64,000 nucleotides of DNA from Dehalococcoidia bacterium (GTDB taxonomy: Bacteria > Chloroflexota > Dehalococcoidia > Plut-88900): contig CBDBLV010000002.1 of the NCBI GenBank assembly GCA_965207225.1, forward strand, positions 32,001-96,000. The letters run 5' to 3'. The position numbers and the translations under genes are program-made. The notes beneath the pieces are model-generated. The model was given only the letters and a program-made list of their open reading frames with translations, ran no database searches and was not told the DNA's origin. Positions 51,068 to 60,828 of the stretch are shown here, one piece after another (position 1 is the stretch's first letter; each line of letters begins with the position of its first letter).

Positions 51068-54000
51068 TTGCCGAAATCGAACCTGGCCACAAAGATTCTA
51101 TATCCCGTCGAGAAGCACGTCGCCCAGGCTCCAATTCGGACGTCGCTTGCTCTCGCGCTGGTTGCAGCAGTTTTCCTCGGCACGCTTCTCATTACCACTG
51201 TTCAGGCCCAGACGCCGCCTCAGAATGGTGAACAATCCTCCGACTCTCCGCCCCTTCCAACTCCCACCGCGATACCTCAGGACGGCTCCCAGGACTCCGA
51301 CTCTGACGGTGTGCAAGGGGCGGGGGCATCTGATCCCACCATAACCGTCACGCGGTACAAGTCACCGGTGACAGAGGGCGGCACAATCTACTTCCGGTTT
51401 ACGGCTAGTAGCGCGCCTTCAGCCCATGTGGAGATTAACCTCCGGGCGACCGGCGGAACGTCATTCCTGACTGCCACACCCGTGAAGAGCATCGGGCTAG
51501 GCCCTGGCCTTACCGTTGCTTGGTTGATCTTGGGAACTGAGGATGACAAAGTCGATGAGCCGAACGGGACGATTACCGCGAGGCTATTGTCCGGTACCGG
51601 GTACAACGTTGGTAGCCCTTCTAGCGCTTCCATTACCATCTTGGACAACGATGTGGCCAGTCCATCGATAGACATAACGGGGCTGGCTACATCCATCCAG
51701 GAGGGTAGGACAGACTCATTCAGGGTGCGCGCATCCGACTTGGTTTCGTCCAGCAGCTACAGCATAGAGGTGACGACAAGCAATTCCGACATCGGGTTCA
51801 ACAGTTCGTGCTCAACGACATCCCGGACCATCACGGTTCCTGCTCGACGCACGTCATACAGCTATTCCCTGACCCTGTATGGATGCGAAGCGACAGGCGG
51901 GATAGTGAGGGCGAAGTTGAAGCGCGGAAGCACGACCCTAGACACCGCCTCTCAGTCAGTAAAGGTCACTACTCCTCCGTCGATAGAGATATCGGGTTTG
52001 GACACGTCTATGGAGGAAGGCGACAACGACTCCTTCAGTGTGAAGGCATCCGACTTGGTTTCGTCCAGCAGCTACAGCATAGAGGTGACGACAAGCAATT
52101 CCGACATCGGGTTCAACAGTTCGTGCTCAACGACATCCCGGACCATCACGGTTCCTGCTCGACGCACGTCATACAGCTATTCCCTGACCCTGTACGGATG
52201 CGAGGCGACAGGCGGGACGGTGACGGCCACGCTGAAGCGCGGGAGCACGGCCGTCGATACAGCTACCCAGAAGGTGGGCGTTTCATCCTCCACAAACACG
52301 GCATTCCAGTTCAGCCCGAGTCCCCTTGCGTTGGGTGGTACCAGCGACGTCTGGAAGGTGCAGACAGGCGTCACTAGCATCTACGTGGACGTTGACTTCT
52401 CGAAGGGATATACAAGGACTCTGGCCTTGACGTAGGCAATATCAACATCAACCGCGTCAACTCCTCCGGCACCGTGCTGAGCACGCTTGAAGTGGACAAT
52501 GAGAACGACAGCGGGATACTGACTGGAGCTAAGGCCGGATCGCTCGTCAGGGTAGACGTGGACAATAACGCGTTCGATGCCAGCCTCGCTCTCGTCACCC
52601 TGACCTTCCATTCAGGCAGCGACGAGACCGGACCAGAGATAGCTAAGGCGACGGTACAGAAGGAATCTAGACCATACTCCCCTACCAGTGGTTCTGCAAC
52701 GGTGGACAAGGCCGCCGATAGCGTCACGTTGACGTGGAGCCCTGGCGCTCCACGCCTGGGGTCTAAGCCAGACCACTACAAGGTCGAGATACCCGGAACG
52801 ACTTTCAGCCCACAAAACGTCGATGATTCGAAAGACCCCGCGAATCTGACGATCTCCAATGCGTCCACCAGCCCTGGACCTGGGACGCACACCGCTAAGG
52901 TGAGACATTGCAACGCAGCCGGTGGGTGTTCGGTGGCGTTGGACATCATGTTCACGGTAGAGGTTCCCAATAGTCCACCCTCATTCGGCCAATCCACCTA
53001 CTCCTTCACAATTCTGGAGGATTCGTCGATTGGGAGCAGAGTCGGAGTTGTGTCTGCAACCGACCCGGATATAGGCGACACCGTGACTTATTCCATAGTT
53101 TCTGGCAATAGTGCTGGTAAGTTTGCCCTCAGCGCAACCACAGGAGAGGTGACGTTAGCGAGGTCAATAGATTATGAGACATCGGCGTCATATCGCCTGA
53201 CAGTACGGGCACTAGACTCGACAGGGGCAGCCGTTGATACCAGTGTTACCATTTCAGTGACGAATGTGAATGAGCGCCCCGCGTTCAGCCAGTCAACCTA
53301 TGATTTCTCTATCCCGGAGGACGCGACCATTGGCGCAGTGGTGGGCGTCGTCCCAACTACGGACCCCGATACTGGCGACAACGTATCCTACTCGTTTCTC
53401 TCAGGTAACGACTCTGGGAAGTTTGCGATAAGTGGCGTCACAGGAAAGATCACTTTGGCCGGCGGCCTTAATCGTGAGACCTCGGAGTCACACTTACTGC
53501 GAATAAGAGCGCGGGACTCGGGAGGGCTAACCGTTTATGCTCCCGTCACCGTCACAGTCGATTATCCGCTCAATATCGGCACAAGCGAATGGGGTGTCCT
53601 TGCTTACAGGCGCATTGTATTGGACTGGATCATACCCACATCCGAAAGAAGCGCAAATCACCAATATCACCTCAATGTCCCGGTCGGCACGGGCTTTCAC
53701 ATAAGGGCATCAGCCAAGGGTGCCAATATCTGTGACTGGAAGTCTCCTCCCCCCGCCAACACTCCGTGGAGCGACTCGGATGAGTCATTTTATCTGGTCC
53801 GTTGCGAGTTGGGGACTGGGACTGCCAACATCACGGTGTGGAAGAGACCTGCAACGGGTGCTCTCCGTACGTCAACCACAGTCTTGACAATTGGCCCCGT
53901 TGAACAGTCATGGCACCGGGCAGACCATCAGATTGGCTACTTCATCGGTGATCCTGATACCACTGACAATCCATTCATGGAAGGTACTAAGCCGACCCAT

Positions 54001-54504
54001 CTTCCTACGAGCTACAACCCAGACGAGACGGCATCGAAATCGGCAGTCAATGAAGCCGGATCGGCTTGGAATAAAGCGCAATCCTACGTGGTCTTTGAAG
54101 CCGTCAGCTCCGCCGCCGACACAACAATCAGAGGCTACTGGAATCCTCAGGGTACCAACCTGGAGGATAAGTGCCCCAAATCCATCGCATGTGTCTACAA
54201 GGGCACCAGTGAGTACCCTGATCTTCGGCGCCAGCCGTTCTGGATAGAGTACCCACCGCAGTTCCCGCGCGACCTTGGACATAAGCGATGGACTAATGAT
54301 CCTGTCATCGCCAAGAACAATCCTAGCCAGTACTATTTCCTGCCTCAAGTAATTATGCACGAGCTCGGGCACACCGCGGGGCTGGGACACAGCCCGGGGA
54401 ACGACGTAATGGGTGGTATTGACTCCAGAAGTCCCCTTGTGACACCCACATCATATGACGTGGACGGCATCAACAATACCTACCAGAGCCACACAAAGCA
54501 TTAG
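51068..54504 (+). pseudogene. Secreted adhesin/protease (Calx-beta-like, 2x Ig-like, FN3-like, 2x cadherin, metzincin domain) split by a frameshift near 52410
   Basis: Signal peptide; cadherin motifs ATDPD, IDYET and NVNERPAF; HELGHTAGLGHS; removing one TA from GGATATACAAG joins ORFs 51068-52435 and 52474-54504. Confidence 0.75.
51731..52217 (+). repeat. Near-identical intragenic direct repeat (51731-51902 / 52046-52217; period 315 bp)
   Basis: 172 bp with 2 synonymous mismatches, read directly. Confidence 0.9.
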
Positions 54505-54505
54505 G

Positions 54506-56104
54506 ATGGTGCGAGCCATGAGCCGAATACCGAACCCACTCTGCGAACTACCAACCCGTAGTTTGATCCTGACATGCATGATAGGTTTCTTGATGTTGGC
54601 TGTAGGGTGTGGACAGCCGCAAAGCATGAGTCCGAACAGCACAGATTCAGCTACATCGCAAGCTAAATCAGTCGAGCCCGGCCCCATCGCGTCGCAGCCA
54701 CAAACCACCGCCAGTCCCTCCACCACACCGGCAATTGACACAATCCAAGAGTCATTGATGCCTCCTCATTATGGTGCTGCCACTGCGTCGGTGGAACGAC
54801 GCATCTTCGATGCTGATGTGATTGTCAGGGCTTCTCTACTTGCTACCAGTGAGGGCCAGTTGCAATTCAAAGCGATAGAGTACCTAAAGGGAACAGGCCC
54901 TTCAAAGTTTGTTGTAGGAGCACCAACCTTTGGTCGGGACCCTACATGGGACAACCGCGAAGCGGTTCTATTCTTGAGCAAGGCTGAATCTGGAGTGGTT
55001 GGTGCATCTGATGCATTGAGAACTGACGATATAGATTTCACGTTTGTCGAAACCGCTGATGAGAACTATAGGGGCGCTTTGCCAAGTGGCTATACGATAG
55101 ATGCTAGGAATCCCGTGTGGCTGCCTGCGAGGGAGGATGGTGTAAGCGATGCATTGGTGGACGGCGTCGTTACACCGATGTTCATCACTGGCTTAGACTA
55201 TGTTGCGGGGAGTCTTGGCGCAGAGATCTCTCTAAGCGAACTTCGCTCGAAGATAGCGTGGGTTGGAGGGGGAAAGAACATAGAGGGATATGATAGGTGC
55301 ATTGGAGTTGCCTTGAACTACTACCAGTGGTACCGAGACTGGGAGGCGTATTACGGAAGCGCACCTACAATACTGGGGGAGGAGCGAGAAGTAAAGTCGG
55401 GAGAAACTCAAGGAACGGAGATCTATGCGTCTCAACTTATCCGAGAACCTGGATATCACACTGTCCGGATTCGTGGGGAGGACGGACACCTTGTTCTAGG
55501 ACGGAAGGAGGATAACGATCAAGATCCCTCAAATGGATACAGGATCACCGTCAAAACCGCCCGCCCACTGCCCCAAGGTCTGTACAGGTTTTCTACTCAA
55601 TATCAACTCTACGACCAGGTTCCATGTAACTTCCAACCTGAGCCCGGAAAGGGGCAATTGGACTGGGTCGTGCAGGCCCTCGCGCCCACGGGTGCAGTAC
55701 ATGAGGCTTTCTTCGACCCTGTCGCCATAGGTGAGTCTATTGGTGTAAGTGCAGGAGTAAATGGAGTACTGTCTCCCACTTCCTTTACATTGACTGAGGG
55801 CGGCAGTACGAACACGCTGCACAAGATAGCCTGGAAATCAGGAAAGACGACGATGGAGTTTGAGCCGTCCGCTTCGCTGGCAGGTCATCACGCAGACTTC
55901 TTATCGCTAGACGGCTCAGTGTCGCTGCGTCTGGACTTCGACGACGGATCCGAGTCTGTTGTTGGGGCAAAGCGGACCATCACATGGAACGTCTGCAAAC
56001 AGCCATGGGAGAGTGGGAACCTACTTATGCTGCGCATTAGCAAGAGCAGCAGCAACCTCACCGGCGTGACAAACGATGGTCCGTGCAAAGAGAATTCTGA
56101 GTGA
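54506..56104 (+). CDS. Hypothetical lipoprotein (start uncertain)
   Basis: Long ORF with an LMLAVGC lipobox and Ser/Thr/Pro linker; follows the adhesin gene. Confidence 0.65.
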   Translation: MVRAMSRIPNPLCELPTRSLILTCMIGFLMLAVGCGQPQSMSPNSTDSATSQAKSVEPGPIASQPQTTASPSTTPAIDTIQESLMPPHYGAATASVERRIFDADVIVRASLLATSEGQLQFKAIEYLKGTGPSKFVVGAPTFGRDPTWDNREAVLFLSKAESGVVGASDALRTDDIDFTFVETADENYRGALPSGYTIDARNPVWLPAREDGVSDALVDGVVTPMFITGLDYVAGSLGAEISLSELRSKIAWVGGGKNIEGYDRCIGVALNYYQWYRDWEAYYGSAPTILGEEREVKSGETQGTEIYASQLIREPGYHTVRIRGEDGHLVLGRKEDNDQDPSNGYRITVKTARPLPQGLYRFSTQYQLYDQVPCNFQPEPGKGQLDWVVQALAPTGAVHEAFFDPVAIGESIGVSAGVNGVLSPTSFTLTEGGSTNTLHKIAWKSGKTTMEFEPSASLAGHHADFLSLDGSVSLRLDFDDGSESVVGAKRTITWNVCKQPWESGNLLMLRISKSSSNLTGVTNDGPCKENSE

Positions 56105-56204
56105 GTTAAAGCCCGACATCCCACCAAAAGGGTTCGCAGTTCGGTAGGCTCTGGCCCATCCGAAGAGAGGCTCGGACTCTCAGTCATGGTGGTGGTGCCG
56201 AGGC

Positions 56205-56265
56205 TCACAGCCCGCCGAGCCACATCTCAAAGATAGTTCTGCCTATCGTCAACTCAGGCCCACCA
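56205..56265. other. attR; encodes the alternative integrase C-terminus on the minus strand
   Basis: GTTCTGCCTATCGTCAACTCAGG arm (19/23 match to the inverted attL arm) plus the GGCCCACCA core; minus frame reads PELTIGRTIFEMWLGGL*. Confidence 0.8.
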
Positions 56266-56340
56266 TGTAAGTTTTGAACTCTCCTTTGGCCCCCAGAGCG
56301 GCTGACAACTAGACTTGGTATCGCCTCAAAGCTGTGCTAG

Positions 56341-56700
56341 CTATCGGACGCCTCTCGCAGCAGACCTAGGTGGGCCGGCTAAATCCAATTCCTCGGAGTC
56401 TCCTTCTGGGTTTCGGTGGTCCTTGGCGATGGGAACCTTATAGTGGATGGTGGCCTTGCCGGGCATAACCACTATGTCCCTGACGAAGGTTTCTACGAAG
56501 GCCTTACGCTCGGGCAATTCGCTCTCCTCCGGATACTCTGCCATGTCCTGCGCCCGTGCGACGATGGCCTCCAGGTCGTTCTTCAGCGACTTGCGCTGGG
56601 AGAGGATGGACTGAGCCTTCTTCAACGATGCCTCAAGAAGGCTACGGCGCTCAGCGTTGGCCTTGATCCGGATATCCATGTCAGCCGGGGCGTCGTCGTT
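56341..56700 (-). pseudogene. 3' fragment of a serine recombinase truncated by the CBASS genes
   Basis: ERKAFVETFVRDIVVMPG..IHYKVP aligns with integrase ERRAFIESFVKEIVVMPG..LRYTIP; close DNA match to 63424-63736. Confidence 0.8.
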
Positions 56701-56701
56701 G

Positions 56702-58327
56702 CTACCTTGTTGCGGTGCCCGGAACCTGCTTGAGCCTGTCAACCTCTCCCAGGTGGCAGCGCTTGTACTTTCGCCCGCTCCCACAGGCACACGGGTCATT
56801 CCTGCCTAGGCCGTGGACTGCTATTCTGGCCACGTCTAACAGGTACTCGCGGAGGCCCTGGTCGCCGTGGGAATACTCCGCCCAAAGGGAGTTCCTGGAA
56901 GCCGCCAGACCATGGAGGTCCGTGTACGCGAGGCGGTAGAAGAACGGGACGACCAGTTCGTCCATGAACTCCTTCAGCGTCGTCCGGCGTTCGGCCAGGA
57001 GCTGAAGGCCCAGACAGCAAGCCCCGTTCGGGAAGAAGTGCAGATCGATGGTCTCGACGTTCTCCCGCTCTGCGACTCTGGTGTACCTGCCGCCGACCTC
57101 GTACACGGCGGGCCAGCCGTTCCGGTCGAGCGCGGCTAGGTCGATCCTGATGGAAAACGCATCACTGAGATACGAGTCCATGCTCGTCGTCGCGTCGTCA
57201 CTGCCGATGTGCAGTTTGTCCTCCCCGCCGTCGTAGGCGGCGCGGACCTCCAGCTGACCCGCGATGACCCCGCCCTCGGCGTCAAGGCGGAGGTCGGGGA
57301 AACTAACCGCCAGCCACTCGAGGTCGGCCTGTCCCAGGCTGAGCCGGCCCTGAGCTCTCTGGACCGAGGCGGTGGCCCAGGGCTTGCTCGGCTTGACCAC
57401 TCTCGGCGTCGCCACCGTTGCTGCAGCGCCAGCCATGGCGCTCAGGTTGCCGAACCCGTCCCCGAACAGTTCCTGCCACTTCTTGACGCTCGACTTCTCA
57501 TCTTCGTCATGGTACGCGTCCTCGATCCTTGCGGCGTAGCTGGAGATCATGTCCCTGAAGTGGCTGTACTTGGCCTGGTCCCAGTGCCGCGTGAAGGTCT
57601 CGCTGGGAAGAGCGGGATTGCGGATCTCGGGCATGGTCGGATGGGACTGCAGGAACTCATTCATGCGCGTGATCACGGTCAGCAGCGCGTCCGGGATGGC
57701 CTTGTACTCCGCGTCTCCCTCCCAGTCATGCACCGTGTTGCCTATCAGCGTCGTCAGCAGGATCGATGGCGCGGTGAAGGTCTTCTTGTGGTCTCGGAGG
57801 TACTTGAGCAGCCGGGTGACGAGCTTGAGGTTGCCGTTGGTAATGCGGTTCTTGTCGTTGAACCAGTCGCGGAACCCCGAGCCGTCCGTCACCTCGTACT
57901 CGTTCGTCTTCCTGTTGCAGATGAAGTGGTTGCCGTTGTAGGTGATGCAGGGAACAAGGTCTATCTTGAAGTCGCCCGTGTAGTTCACCGTGACGCACCT
58001 GGTGTTCCTCTGCACCTTGTCGGCGTAGTTGCCGTTGGCCTTGAGGCACCGGTATACGTCGTCGATGAAGTCCTTCGGGCCCTTGGCGCTGTCGTACTCC
58101 ACGTAGACGAGGCGGTCCACGTCGTACTCGTCAGTGTCCTTGACGGGCCTGATGGTCGTCCCGAGGGCGTAGGAGCCCTGCCGCTCCGTGCTTTTGAAGC
58201 CCACCAGATTCTGGCTCAGGTACTCCGACACGGCCTTGTCGCTCCTCTTCAACCTCTCGTACCGGGAGGGGTTGAGATTCACGTGGTCCCTCATGAATTC
58301 GTTGAAGTCGTTCACTCGCCTCGTCAT
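56702..58327 (-). CDS. CBASS CD-NTase (SMODS) fused to an E2/UBC-like domain and SEC-C motif
   Basis: QGSYALGT..EYDVD and IDLVP NTase motifs; WQELFG..KPWA cyclase tail at residue 318; then LHFFPNGACCLG, EYSHG and GRNDPCACGSGRKYKRCH. Confidence 0.85.
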   Translation of the reverse strand: MTRRVNDFNEFMRDHVNLNPSRYERLKRSDKAVSEYLSQNLVGFKSTERQGSYALGTTIRPVKDTDEYDVDRLVYVEYDSAKGPKDFIDDVYRCLKANGNYADKVQRNTRCVTVNYTGDFKIDLVPCITYNGNHFICNRKTNEYEVTDGSGFRDWFNDKNRITNGNLKLVTRLLKYLRDHKKTFTAPSILLTTLIGNTVHDWEGDAEYKAIPDALLTVITRMNEFLQSHPTMPEIRNPALPSETFTRHWDQAKYSHFRDMISSYAARIEDAYHDEDEKSSVKKWQELFGDGFGNLSAMAGAAATVATPRVVKPSKPWATASVQRAQGRLSLGQADLEWLAVSFPDLRLDAEGGVIAGQLEVRAAYDGGEDKLHIGSDDATTSMDSYLSDAFSIRIDLAALDRNGWPAVYEVGGRYTRVAERENVETIDLHFFPNGACCLGLQLLAERRTTLKEFMDELVVPFFYRLAYTDLHGLAASRNSLWAEYSHGDQGLREYLLDVARIAVHGLGRNDPCACGSGRKYKRCHLGEVDRLKQVPGTATR

Positions 58328-59241
58328 TCGCTATCCTCCAAACTGGCCATGATGGCCTTGCTGTAATGGGTGAAGTCCCTGTCGGCCAGGGCCTTCAGAC
58401 TCTCCATGCTCTTGATGTCATCCAGCTTCCAGGACTTGATCTCCGGGTCGAGGCGCAGGTGCCGGTCTCCGAGCAGCAACTTGGCCATGTTGGTCGATGC
58501 CTGGGACTGCAGACCCAGTACGTACGACACCAACTTCGGTCCGCCCCAGCCGGTCAGGAGGCCCCATGCTCCCCTCCGCGTGTAGAAGCTGGCGGTACGT
58601 CCGGTTCCCACTGACAGGACGCGGATATTGTCGATCGGGCGCCGGAACTTGGCCATCGCCTCCGTGACGGCGATGATGGCGGGGTTGTTGGCCCAGAGTC
58701 CTCCGTCCGCCAAGAGGTACTCGCCAACCTGCCATGGGTCGAAGTACAACGGCGCGGCGCAAGATGCCAGGATCGCGTCTCGCAGCTTCACCTGTCCGTC
58801 CCGCATGTACGGCTCGCCCAACTCCTCCAGGTAGCGGGACTTGAAGACGTGCACTCCTCCAGTCGAGATGTCCGAGCCGGTAATCATCAGCGGGGTCGGC
58901 ACCTCTCGCATCGTCACCTCGGGCAGGTATTCGCCGATGACCTGGTCCAGGGGGTGCGTGGAGTAGCGGCTCCGCAAGACCGGGAAGAGGCTGAACCTTC
59001 TCCTGCTGAAGATGCGGTTGGCCTGGCTCTCGAACAGGCCCACCAGGGTCTTCATGGGGATGCCCATCGATGCCGCGCCCGCTAGGATGGACCCGGTGCT
59101 GGTTCCGGCGATGAGGTCGAAGCGCTCCCGCACTGGCGCGCCAATGGTGTCCTCCAACCTGGCGAGGACGTGCGCGCCGTACACCCCCCGGATGCCACCG
59201 CCGTCGAGAGCCAGTATGTTAAACACGCCGCCGGTACGCAT
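58324..59241 (-). CDS. CBASS patatin-like phospholipase effector (CapV-like)
   Basis: LDGGGIRG, GTSTG and DGGLWANNP motifs; ATGA-coupled to the CD-NTase. Confidence 0.9.
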   Translation of the reverse strand: MRTGGVFNILALDGGGIRGVYGAHVLARLEDTIGAPVRERFDLIAGTSTGSILAGAASMGIPMKTLVGLFESQANRIFSRRRFSLFPVLRSRYSTHPLDQVIGEYLPEVTMREVPTPLMITGSDISTGGVHVFKSRYLEELGEPYMRDGQVKLRDAILASCAAPLYFDPWQVGEYLLADGGLWANNPAIIAVTEAMAKFRRPIDNIRVLSVGTGRTASFYTRRGAWGLLTGWGGPKLVSYVLGLQSQASTNMAKLLLGDRHLRLDPEIKSWKLDDIKSMESLKALADRDFTHYSKAIMASLEDSE

Positions 59242-59385
59242 GGTGCGCTAGTTCTCCTCACGGATGCCGTCGGCCGCCGGGCGGTTCTGCACGGCTGCGC
59301 GTCGGGGGCGAGCGACTCCTGGGAGCCCGAAGCTCCCCGGAGGTTCATCCCGCCAGCAAGTGGTGCGTGGTCTGTCCATGGGGGC

Positions 59386-59441
59386 AGTATACCACGAACT
59401 CACCGACTTCACTAGCTTTAATGAATTTGGTGTGGTATTAT
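59386..59441. promoter_or_regulatory. Back-to-back extended -10 promoters for CBASS (-) and Bil (+)
   Basis: TGG-TATACT on the minus strand (~59387-59395) and TGG-TATTAT on the plus strand (59433-59441), forming an ATACCAC/GTGGTAT inverted repeat. Confidence 0.55.
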
Positions 59442-59469
59442 GGGGCCAAAAGGAGAAGGAGGCTCACAG

Positions 59470-59736
59470 ATGTCCGACCCAAAGAAAACCGAGATCACCG
59501 TTGTCGTCAACGGAAAGCCTGCGGAGGTCTTCGCTATCGAGGACCAGCCCATCGGCGCCATCATCCCCGATGCGCTCGATCAGACAGGCAACACCGGCCA
59601 GCCGCCGGAGAACTGGGAGCTCAGGGACGCCGAAGGGAACCTGCTGGACCCGAACAAGAACTTCGGGGACTACCCATTCTCGGAGAAGGACCGGCTCTTC
59701 CTGAACCTCAAGGCGGGGGTCGGTGGCGGTGGCTAG
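59470..59736 (+). CDS. bilA: Ubiquitin-like protein (DUF2604-like), Bil Ubl
   Basis: Beta-grasp pattern VVVNG..GQPPENWELRD..LFLNLKAGVGGGG; AGGAGG RBS. Confidence 0.85.
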   Translation: MSDPKKTEITVVVNGKPAEVFAIEDQPIGAIIPDALDQTGNTGQPPENWELRDAEGNLLDPNKNFGDYPFSEKDRLFLNLKAGVGGGG

Positions 59737-60340
59737 CGATACCGGTCAGTACGCGGACCCCACGGTGTCCCGCGCGAAGTTCGACCGAGAAATCGCCGAG
59801 TACCGGGCCTTGGAGGCCGACTACCGAACCCGTGGGTGGTTCTTGGTGAAGGCCGAGTGGCCTGTCGCGGTCGTACTCCTGGCTTCGAACAAGACCAAGC
59901 CGCCAGCCCTAGTGGCCGCCGTTCAGTTCGATTACACCAACTACGACGCCGAGCCGCCTTCCGTCCGCTTCATCGATCCCTTCTCTGGACGGTCTCTGTC
60001 CTCAAGGGAGCTACCCCTTCGGATGCAACGTATGGTCCCCGGACCGGAGTTGCCCATTCCTGGACCAGGTGGTGGCAAGGCACAGTTGAATACGCCAGAG
60101 AATCTGATGCAAGCCAACTCCCCCGAGGACGTACCCTTCCTCTGCATCGCCGGGGTGAAGGAGTACCATGACCACCCGGGCCATTCCGGTGACCCGTGGG
60201 AGATGCATCGTTCCTCGGGTGGAGGCCGGCTGGTTCGCCTGCTGGAGGTAATCTCCAAGTACGGCGTGGAGCCGATTCAGGGCTTCACCGTCAATCTAGT
60301 GCCACAAGTTACCTTTGCGCTTTCGGAGCCTCCCCAGTGA
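59723..60340 (+). CDS. bilB: E2-like conjugating enzyme (CEHH-type)
   Basis: NYDAEPPSVRF and FLCIAGVKEYHDHPGHSGDPW motifs. Confidence 0.82.
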   Translation: MAVASDTGQYADPTVSRAKFDREIAEYRALEADYRTRGWFLVKAEWPVAVVLLASNKTKPPALVAAVQFDYTNYDAEPPSVRFIDPFSGRSLSSRELPLRMQRMVPGPELPIPGPGGGKAQLNTPENLMQANSPEDVPFLCIAGVKEYHDHPGHSGDPWEMHRSSGGGRLVRLLEVISKYGVEPIQGFTVNLVPQVTFALSEPPQ

Positions 60341-60828
60341 CCCTCCGAGGCGTGGGGCGGTTCCGAATCACGGAGGAGGCCGTTCGCGCAACCGTGGATG
60401 CCATTCGCTCCGCCGGGGAGGAGGGCTACGAGTTGTTCGTCATTTGGTCTGGTACACGCGATGGCGACGTGTTCACCGTCGCCGATGTGCACATTCCTGA
60501 CCAGGTCTCCTACAAGACGGGTGGCGGACTCTGCGTGAAGATCGACGGTTCTGAACTCCATCGGCTGAATGTCTGGCTCTACGAGGCCCAGCAAGTCGTA
60601 GGAGCTCAGGTCCATAGCCATCCTCGTGAGGCCTACCACTCGGACACGGACAACGCATACCCGGTCGCCACGCTGGACGGCAGCCTGTCGATAGTCCTCC
60701 CGTATTTCGGCCGCGACGGTTGGGAATCACGCGAGATCGCCGCATACCGCCTCGGGCGGGACGGCTGGGATAGAGTGCGCGGCCCGCTCAGCGGTCTGGT
60801 TGAGGTGGTCGGTGATGGCGCTAGCTGA
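60337..60828 (+). CDS. bilC: JAB/JAMM metallopeptidase (DUB)
   Basis: N-terminal Glu and QVHSHPREAYHSDTD JAMM motif; GTGA overlap with the E2 gene. Confidence 0.88.
   Translation: MTLRGVGRFRITEEAVRATVDAIRSAGEEGYELFVIWSGTRDGDVFTVADVHIPDQVSYKTGGGLCVKIDGSELHRLNVWLYEAQQVVGAQVHSHPREAYHSDTDNAYPVATLDGSLSIVLPYFGRDGWESREIAAYRLGRDGWDRVRGPLSGLVEVVGDGAS

Noticed and set aside
45187-56350. 10-bp match CTATCGGACG at 45187 and 56341
   Set aside because: Too short, and the match does not extend; probably chance.
56702-56799. ORF 56341-56799 as an intact 152-aa gene
   Set aside because: Its first third is an alternate frame of the cyclase 3' end; only the rest is recombinase-derived and it lacks catalytic domains.
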